Below are positions 19,190-26,014 of a stretch of DNA of 64,000 nucleotides, one piece after another; the stretch's first letter is position 1, and each line of letters begins with the position of its first letter. Below the pieces are notes generated by a model. The model ran no database searches. It was not told where the DNA came from and worked only from the letters and a program-made list of their open reading frames with translations. The stretch covers positions 832,001 through 896,000 of the forward strand of contig OY970218.1 in assembly GCA_963713975.1 (NCBI GenBank). The letters run 5' to 3'. Both the position numbers and the translations under genes were made by a program. The DNA comes from an uncultured Chloroflexia bacterium. GTDB lineage: Bacteria; Chloroflexota; Limnocylindria; Limnocylindrales; CSP1-4.

Positions 19190-20278
19190 CTAGGGGCTCG
19201 CCGGGAGCTCCACGTGAAACGTCGCGCCCTGGCCCGTGCCGGCGCTCTCCGCCCACGCGCTGCCGTCCATCGCCTCCGCCAGCGCCCGCACGATCGCCAG
19301 TCCGATCCCGGCCCCACCCGTCGTCCGGCTGCGGGCCGCGTCCACGCGGTAGAACCGTTCGAACACCGCCTCCAGCTGGTCCGGGGCAAGTCCGGGCCCC
19401 TCGTCGGCAACGGACACCCGCGTTCGACCGGCCGCCCGACCTGCCGTGACGGTCACCCGCGAGCCGTCCGGCGCATGGCGCAGCGCGTTCGAGAGGTAGT
19501 TGGAGAGGATCTGGGCAAGCCGGTCCCGGTCCGCCATCGCCTCGGCACCGGCAGTCGGCAGCACGAGCGCCAGGCCACGCGTCCGTGCCTGCGGTGCGAA
19601 CCGCGCGCCCACCTCGCGCGCGACCTCGGCCGCGTCCACGGCCTCGATCTGCAAGGGCAGCTGTCTCGCCTCGGCCCGCCACAGCTCCGATAGGTCATTC
19701 ACCATCCGTGTCATCCGCGCGGTCTCCGACCGCAGCAGGTTCCACGTCTGGGCCGACGGCTGGATCACGCCGTCCTCCAGGCCCTCGAGGTAGCCGTCCA
19801 GCGTGGTCAGGGGGGTTCGCAGCTCGTGCGCCACGTCACCCACGAGCTGGAGCCGGCGGCGCTCCGTGGCCTCGAGCGAGCCCGCCATCTCGTTGAACGA
19901 CGTCGCCAGCTCGCCCAGCTCCCCGGGCTCGTCCGCGCCGACCCGCTCGGCGTAGTGGCCGCCGGCAACGCGTTGGGCGGCGCGCGCCATGGTGGAGATC
20001 GGCCGCGCGATGCGTGCTGCCACCGCGAGACTGACGATCCCCGCCGTCACCACGCCGATGATCGTCGCGGCGATCAGTGCCTGGCGCATCGCCTCCGTGA
20101 ATGCGGCCTGGGTGGCCTCGCCCATGACCTCGCCCATCGGATCGCCCGGCAGGTGGCCCATCGCGTCCGAGAAGTACCCGGGTCCTACGAGGGTCACGGC
20201 GATCGCCACGGTACCGACCGACGCGGCCGCCACGACCAGGAACGCGAGGAGGAGGCGGGCGCGGAGCGAGCTGGGCAT
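19190..20278 (-). CDS. HAMP-domain sensor histidine kinase (CopS/BaeS-like)
   Basis: Two TMs around a short His/Met-rich loop (DAMGHLPGDPMGEVMGE), HAMP, H-box DVAHELRTPL, N-box NYLSNALRH, G-boxes DEGPG and GAGIGL; TGATG overlap with the regulator. Confidence 0.95.
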   Translation of the reverse strand: MPSSLRARLLLAFLVVAAASVGTVAIAVTLVGPGYFSDAMGHLPGDPMGEVMGEATQAAFTEAMRQALIAATIIGVVTAGIVSLAVAARIARPISTMARAAQRVAGGHYAERVGADEPGELGELATSFNEMAGSLEATERRRLQLVGDVAHELRTPLTTLDGYLEGLEDGVIQPSAQTWNLLRSETARMTRMVNDLSELWRAEARQLPLQIEAVDAAEVAREVGARFAPQARTRGLALVLPTAGAEAMADRDRLAQILSNYLSNALRHAPDGSRVTVTAGRAAGRTRVSVADEGPGLAPDQLEAVFERFYRVDAARSRTTGGAGIGLAIVRALAEAMDGSAWAESAGTGQGATFHVELPASP

Positions 20279-20994
20279 CAGTCGCCCTCGCACAACCGGT
20301 AGCCAACACCGCGGACCGTCTCCACGAACCGGGGGTGGGCCGGGTCGTCGCCCAGCTTGCGCCGCAGGTTGGCGATGTGGACGTCCACGAGGTGGTCGTC
20401 GCCAGCGAACTCCACGCCCCACAGCGCATCCAGAAACGCCGGGCGACCGACGACGATGCCGGGCTCGCGCGCGAGCATGGCCAGGAGGTTGAACTCGAGC
20501 GCCGTCAGCTCCACGGACGCCCCGTCCACGCGCACCAGCCGGCGCCCCTCGTCGATCTCGAGGCCGGCGGGCACGACCCCGGTGGCGGTCACGGCCCCGG
20601 TGGCGGGCACGACGTGGCCCGCCCGCGGGCGGCGCAGGAGCGCCTTGATCCGGGCGACGACCTCGCGCGGCGAGAACGGCTTCACGAGGTAGTCGTCCGC
20701 CCCGACCGTGAGCCCCATGATCCTGTCGATCTCCTCGCCCCGGGCGGTCAGCATCAGCACGTAGGCGTCGGAGAAGGTTCGCAGCTGCCGGCAGACCTCG
20801 ACGCCGTCGAGCCCGGGCAGCATGACGTCCAGGATGACGACGTCCGGATCGATGCTGCGGACGGCATCGAGACCCGCGATCCCGTCGGCGGCGCTCGCCA
20901 CCGCCCAGCCCTCGCGCTCGAGATAGCCGGTCAGCAGCTCCACGATGGGCGGCTCGTCATCGATCACCAGGATGCGGGCGGGACGCGGCTCCAT
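20278..20994 (-). CDS. OmpR-family response regulator
   Basis: ILVIDDE, ILDVMLPGLDG, GADDYLVKPFSPRE, VDVHIANLRRKL, ETVRGVGYR. Confidence 0.96.
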   Translation of the reverse strand: MEPRPARILVIDDEPPIVELLTGYLEREGWAVASAADGIAGLDAVRSIDPDVVILDVMLPGLDGVEVCRQLRTFSDAYVLMLTARGEEIDRIMGLTVGADDYLVKPFSPREVVARIKALLRRPRAGHVVPATGAVTATGVVPAGLEIDEGRRLVRVDGASVELTALEFNLLAMLAREPGIVVGRPAFLDALWGVEFAGDDHLVDVHIANLRRKLGDDPAHPRFVETVRGVGYRLCEGD

Positions 20995-21009
20995 GCGCGC
21001 AGTGTGCCA

Positions 21010-22290
21010 TCAACCCCGAGGGACCTCCTCGGGCGCCGGCACCGCCTTGAAGCTCCGGTACAGCAGCACGTCGTAGACGATCTTGATCGACCCCCCGATG
21101 ACGAATGGCAGGCCGATGAACGCCGCACCACCCATCAGCGGCGCGGACAGCAGGGGTGCGGCCGCGGCCCCCATCGAGCGGGCGATGCCGGTGATCCCCG
21201 CCGCCGCGGATCGCTCGTCGGGGTCGACCACGGCCATGGTGTAGGACTGCCGGGTGGGCACGTCCATCTGGCTGATGGCAAAGCGTGCGAGCAGGAGCAG
21301 CACCGCGCTCTCCAGCGTCGGCATGAACGGGACCATGATCAGCATCACGTTGGACGGCAGGTGCGTGTAGACCATCGTGCGCACGAGGCCGATGCGGGCC
21401 GCGATCCGGGCCGCCGCCAGGGCTGAGAAGCCGGCAAGCAGGTTGGCGACGAACAGGATCCCGCCGATGAGGGCCGGACTCGCCCCGAAGCGCAGGGTGA
21501 ACCACCAGGCGACGAGGGCCTGGACCACGAACGCCCCACCGAACGCGTCCAGCGCGAACAACCCCGACAGCTTGGCAACGATCCGCTGGGAACGATGGAG
21601 CCCCAGCCGCCGGGCAACCGATACGTCGGGAGCGTCCGGGACCTCGACGGCCGGCGAGACCCTCGAGAACAAGGCGGCGAGCACGAGCCCCAGCACCGCG
21701 TAGGCCAGGATCACGTCACGGTACGCCTCCACGGGACGCATGCCCGAGGCGATGAACGCGGCCGCCAGCGTCCCGCCGGCCAGGGCTCCGGCGGCCGTGG
21801 CGAACGATCCGACCAGGTTGAACCAGGCAAAGACGCGGGTCCGCTCGCGATCTGGGATCGTCTGCGCCAGGGACGCCTGTTCGACGGCGAGGAACGGCCC
21901 GACCTCGTTGCCGCTCGGGCTGATCACGCCGATGACGGCAGCCAGCACCAGGATCGGCAGGACGTTGGTGGCGGCGAAGCCGACTCCTGCCCCGGCCATC
22001 AGGATCGCCCCGACCAGCAGCACGCGACGGCGTCCGACGCGGTCGGCGTGGGTGGTCAGCCACAGGGAGATCGCAGCATCACCCGCCAGGGTCAGGCCGA
22101 GGAGCAGCCCAATCGCCACGTCCGGCAGCCCCATCGCCGCCAGGTAGAGCACGAGGACGATCGACACGAGCCCGTAGCCGAACATGCGCAGGCCACGGGT
22201 CCCGAACAGGAGCCGCGCGTCACGACCAAGGATCGGCGGGCGATCGCTCGTGGTCAGGCGATGATCCTCTCGACACGTCGACCGGCGCAC
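21010..22290 (-). CDS. MFS transporter
   Basis: About 12 TMs; ADRVGRRRVLL motif A; GVISPSGNEVGPF; SQMDVPTRQSY. Start uncertain (possible CTG at 22257 after AGAGGA). Confidence 0.9.
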   Translation of the reverse strand: MRRSTCREDHRLTTSDRPPILGRDARLLFGTRGLRMFGYGLVSIVLVLYLAAMGLPDVAIGLLLGLTLAGDAAISLWLTTHADRVGRRRVLLVGAILMAGAGVGFAATNVLPILVLAAVIGVISPSGNEVGPFLAVEQASLAQTIPDRERTRVFAWFNLVGSFATAAGALAGGTLAAAFIASGMRPVEAYRDVILAYAVLGLVLAALFSRVSPAVEVPDAPDVSVARRLGLHRSQRIVAKLSGLFALDAFGGAFVVQALVAWWFTLRFGASPALIGGILFVANLLAGFSALAAARIAARIGLVRTMVYTHLPSNVMLIMVPFMPTLESAVLLLLARFAISQMDVPTRQSYTMAVVDPDERSAAAGITGIARSMGAAAAPLLSAPLMGGAAFIGLPFVIGGSIKIVYDVLLYRSFKAVPAPEEVPRG

Positions 22291-22351
22291 CCCGGCCGCA
22301 CGAGTCCATCATCGGCTGCGGCGAGGATCCGTGCGTGACCTTCGGGCGGCC

Positions 22352-23905
22352 CTAGGTCGGGCGGTCCACGATGGTGATCAGGCCGCCGTACATCCCCATC
22401 GAGCACGTGTAGCTGAGCGTGCCCGCGTCGAGCGCCGGCAGGTCGATCACGTTGTCGCCCTCGCGCAGGCGCATCTCGATGCCCAGGTCGGGCACCACCA
22501 GGAACGCCGCGCAGGACCGGGCCGTGGACGACTCGATGGTCCACGTCGTGGGGATCCCCGCGTAGATCGAGACATTGCCGGGGCTGTACCCGTCGACGTG
22601 CTGGTAGGTGCGCAACTGCTGCGCATCGCCTGCCGGCGCGGCGCCAGGCTGGGTGGCTGCTGCCGACAACGGAGCAGCGTCAGCGACCGCGACGCCGATC
22701 CCTGGAAGGTTGACACCCACGAGGCGCAGCCCCGCCCCGCCGTTGAGGATGGCGAACCCGATGACCACGACGCCGACGAACCGGAGCAGCGTCGGTCGGG
22801 CGCGAGTGGGCACGACCAGTGGCAGGCCGGCCAGCGCCAGCAGGCCCGGGGCGGTTCCGATCGCGAACACCGCCATGATCGCGCCGGCGACGAGGGGATC
22901 ACCGGTGGAGAGCGCGTAGATCTGCACGGCCTGCGTGAACCCGCAGGGGAGGAAGAACGAGAGCGCACCGAGCCCTGCCGCGCGGGTGTCGGAATAGGCG
23001 GTGACCGAGCCATCGCCCAGGCCCAGCCGGCGACCCAAGCCCATCGGCAGCGTCGGCGACCACGTCGCCACCCGCGGCGACAGCCCGGTGAGACGGGCTC
23101 CGAGGATCGTCATCATGATCGCGACGGCGACCATCAGCAGCGCGGTCACCTGGGCGGGCATCGCAACGCTCGCTCCCAGGGCGCCCAGCGTCGCGCCAAG
23201 CACGCCATAGCCGACGATCCGGCCCGCCATGAAGGTCGCCGCCGGGCGCATCCGGGTGAGGAGGTCTTCGTCCGCGCCGGCGGATCCCGCACGGTTCGCC
23301 TCGTAGGCCGCCGAGAGTGCGAGCACCAGGCCACCGACGAGCACCATGCAGGTCGAGACGCCGGCGGCGAGGCCCAGCAGCAGCGCCACCAGGAGACCGC
23401 CACTGCCGAGGTCGCCGATGCCGGAGGCAAGGTTCGCGATCCCGGTCGCCTGGGCGACGACCACGGCCGTCGCGACCAGGAGGATCCCGCCGGCTGCGGT
23501 CGCCCAGACCCTCGCATCACGCTCCAGCCACGGCGTCCGGCCAACCTCGTAGCCTGCGGCGTGGATCGCCTGCTCGATGGCGGCGGGGGGAACGGGCGCC
23601 GAGCTCTCGATGGTGACCCGACCGTGGACCGCCGACGCCGTCGCGCGCTGCACGTTGGGGAGTCGCCCGACGTTGCGCTGGATCCGGACCTCGCAAGACC
23701 GGCAGGTCATCCCCGCCACGGGGACGGTGACGGAGATGACCGGGGACGCGGCAGCTTGAGCGGGCCCGGAGGGGACGCCCGAGCCCGAGGGCCGAGGGGT
23801 CCGGCCCATGCGCGATTCCCGCCGTTCGACGGCGATCCGGTGCAGCTCGTCGGGATCCATGGTGGCCGGAGGGCTCACCGGGAGGCTGGGATCTCGAGTG
23901 GCCAT
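22352..23905 (-). CDS. HMA + DsbD_2 (TauE/SafE-like) transmembrane + cupredoxin-like protein
   Basis: GMTCRSC HMA motif; AGVSTCMVLVGG and FFLPCGFTQA TM cysteines; C-terminal YTCSMGMYGG. Confidence 0.9.
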   Translation of the reverse strand: MATRDPSLPVSPPATMDPDELHRIAVERRESRMGRTPRPSGSGVPSGPAQAAASPVISVTVPVAGMTCRSCEVRIQRNVGRLPNVQRATASAVHGRVTIESSAPVPPAAIEQAIHAAGYEVGRTPWLERDARVWATAAGGILLVATAVVVAQATGIANLASGIGDLGSGGLLVALLLGLAAGVSTCMVLVGGLVLALSAAYEANRAGSAGADEDLLTRMRPAATFMAGRIVGYGVLGATLGALGASVAMPAQVTALLMVAVAIMMTILGARLTGLSPRVATWSPTLPMGLGRRLGLGDGSVTAYSDTRAAGLGALSFFLPCGFTQAVQIYALSTGDPLVAGAIMAVFAIGTAPGLLALAGLPLVVPTRARPTLLRFVGVVVIGFAILNGGAGLRLVGVNLPGIGVAVADAAPLSAAATQPGAAPAGDAQQLRTYQHVDGYSPGNVSIYAGIPTTWTIESSTARSCAAFLVVPDLGIEMRLREGDNVIDLPALDAGTLSYTCSMGMYGGLITIVDRPT

Positions 23906-23993
23906 GGGACGCAGGCTCCTGGATCAGGTCGGCTGATGGGACAAGCGTGACCCGCGGGAGCCAGAAATCCAATGCAGCAGGGACAAAGCCACC

Positions 23994-24010
23994 GTCAAGA
24001 TTCGGTCAAG
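23994..24010 (-). promoter_or_regulatory. candidate OmpR-family direct-repeat operator
   Basis: GTCAAG-ATTCG-GTCAAG (11-bp period), about 90-105 bp upstream of the HMA gene; minus strand reads CTTGACCGAATCTTGAC. Confidence 0.55.
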
Positions 24011-24148
24011 GGCGCTGGTGGGCGGAATTCGGGCGTCGATCATCGGTTCCAGGCCCGGCGCAGGTCCATGCAGCCCGCCTCAGGTGTGGGTACAGCCTTG
24101 GTCCAGTCGGGGCGGACCTGGACGGCCCGTGGTCCTTCGGGCTGGTGA

Positions 24149-24223
24149 TGGTCGGGGCGGTGGGATTCGAACCCACAGCCTCGTGCTCCCAAAGCACGTG
24201 CGCCACCGTTGCGCCACGCCCCG
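24149..24223 (-). tRNA. tRNA-Pro(TGG)
   Basis: Reverse complement CGGGGCGTGGCGCAACGGTGGCGCACGTGCTTTGGGAGCACGAGGCTGTGGGTTCGAATCCCACCGCCCCGACCA; anticodon TGG, encoded CCA. Confidence 0.97.
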
Positions 24224-24640
24224 ACAGATTCCGCGCTCGCGAAGCGCATGCGCTTCGGTGCGAGCGGACCGGAGCCTAGGCTACACCGCATGCTGACGGG
24301 GAGGCGACCGACGCTCCAACACGCCCCGCTCCAACGACCTTCTTGCGGCGCGAGCGGCACGAGGCTCCCTGGAATGCCCGAGTTCAACCTGCTCCGAGTA
24401 CAGCGTCGACATCGTCCGCCTGGCCGAGGAGCTCCGGGCCGTGGTGGGTCTGGCACCGGACACTCGCATCATCGAGAATCGAGAATCGAGCATCGTTTAT
24501 CTATTGTCAGCCGGCGCGGGATCTGCCAAGGTACCCAACCTGCGGGAGGCACTGACGCGTGGTCCATACCCTGGTCGCCGGGACCGCGCTGAGCCACTGG
24601 CGAGACCGACCCGCACGTTCACCCCAGGGAGGTTGATCAG

Positions 24641-25198
24641 GTGCGAAGACTCAGAGTCGGCTTGGTGGCGCTAGTGGCCCTCGTAGTTCTTGCCAGCGCC
24701 GCGGTCGCGGTCGCGGGCGACGGCAAGCACGGGATGGGGCGGAGCGGCGATCGCGAACACTACACGGCGATCAAGGTCACGAACCCCAACAATCCAGCCG
24801 AGGTGTCGCGCAAGCTGGTCCGCGAGAAGTCGCCGAGTGCCGTGCTCGACCAGCACATGAAGGCCCTCAATGGCTGCGACTGGAAGGGGCTGATGCAGCA
24901 GTATCCCGACACCTACCAGCTCCGTCTGCCGGGCGGCACCGTGGTCACGGGTCGAACGGAGGCAGCCGCGACATTCGCCGGGTTCGTCAAGCCGCACGCC
25001 GAGGGCGGGCTCTGCGGGATCACGTTCACCGAGCTGTCCCGGCAGGTCACCGGCGGCACGCTGGCCGTCACCTGGGAAGCCAACGCGTCATTCCTGGCAG
25101 AGCCCTACCAGGGCTCCGATGCCTACATCACCGACGACGGCCTGATGGTGTCGATGGTCAGCACCTTCGACGGCGCCGAACTCAAGTTCAAGCCCTGA
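24641..25198 (+). CDS. secreted NTF2/SnoaL-like protein
   Basis: GGGAGG RBS, signal peptide, SPSAVLDQHMKALNGCDWKGLMQQY...GRTEAAATF...GSDAYITDDGLMVSM pattern. Confidence 0.8.
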   Translation: MRRLRVGLVALVALVVLASAAVAVAGDGKHGMGRSGDREHYTAIKVTNPNNPAEVSRKLVREKSPSAVLDQHMKALNGCDWKGLMQQYPDTYQLRLPGGTVVTGRTEAAATFAGFVKPHAEGGLCGITFTELSRQVTGGTLAVTWEANASFLAEPYQGSDAYITDDGLMVSMVSTFDGAELKFKP

Positions 25199-25274
25199 GT
25201 GACGCAACTCCTCTGATCTAGCCCGACGGGCTGGCAGATCGGCTGCGCAGCCCGACCATCTATCGACTGCGGAC

Positions 25275-25303
25275 GAGCCGCCCGGGGACCCCCCGGGCGG
25301 CTC
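25275..25303 (+). terminator. GC hairpin after the NTF2-like gene
   Basis: GAGCCGCCCGGGG-ACC-CCCCGGGCGGCTC perfect stem; no U-tract. Confidence 0.5.
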
Positions 25304-25597
25304 CCAAGCATGTGCACCAGCTCTGCCCTCGGCCTGGGGGATCGCCGCTGCCCTGCCGTGGGTCTTCCTCATCGGGTGGTGCTTGGCCTCAGCCACCGTC
25401 CACCGGATACGGCGCAGGGGCTGACGGCGAATTCTCACGCGGACCGTGGCCGTGACAAAGTCCCCACTGGTGGCCACGCAATGGTCCCCGCCCGGATGAG
25501 CACCCCGGGAGCGTCCGGTGGGGCCCCAAAGCGCCGGCCCGAGGCACCGACCGATCCCGGCACGGACGTTGGGATGCTCGCGTCGGGCAAACGCCCG

Positions 25598-25625
25598 TTG
25601 ACGTCCGGGCTCTGACCGGTACAGT
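25598..25625 (+). promoter_or_regulatory. sigma70-like promoter
   Basis: TTGACG-N16-TACAGT, 60 nt upstream of ATG 25686. Confidence 0.6.
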
Positions 25626-25685
25626 GCGCGGACGCGGCGCATCTTGGCGTGCCGCGGTCGGGGAGCGGAAGGAGCGGCACGGCGC

Positions 25686-25961
25686 ATGGGCGAGAAGGGC
25701 AACGCTATCGAGACCCTCACCGGAACCGGTGCGGTTGACGGCAACCCGCTGGAGGCGCTCGGCGCACTTCCACTCGGGTTCCTCAAGGAGTCGCCGGGCG
25801 TCGTGAAGGACTGGAGCGAGGCGTACCTGCGCTGGCGCGAGATCCAGGACAGTCGCGCGACGATCGCCACGACCGCCGCAGAGCAGGCGCTTGGCATCAC
25901 AACCGATGGGACGGCTGGCAGCGACGGCGTCGGCGGCGCTCCCACCGGGCCCGCCGCCTGA
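25686..25961 (+). CDS. small hypothetical protein (91 aa)
   Basis: GGAAGGAG RBS; high GC at third codon positions; MGEKGNAIETLTGTGAVDGNPLEALGALPLGFLKESPGVVKDWSEAYLRWREIQDSR...GSDGVGGAPTGPAA. Confidence 0.75.
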   Translation: MGEKGNAIETLTGTGAVDGNPLEALGALPLGFLKESPGVVKDWSEAYLRWREIQDSRATIATTAAEQALGITTDGTAGSDGVGGAPTGPAA

Positions 25962-26014
25962 TCCGCGGCGCCTGAACCCGACCCCTCGGCCCCCACCCGC
26001 GTCCCCAGCCCACC

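Noticed and set aside
25686-25961. Calling the small ORF pup or ubact
   Set aside because: No C-terminal GG[EQ]/G[EQ] and no recognisable Pup sequence; kept only as a hypothetical partner.
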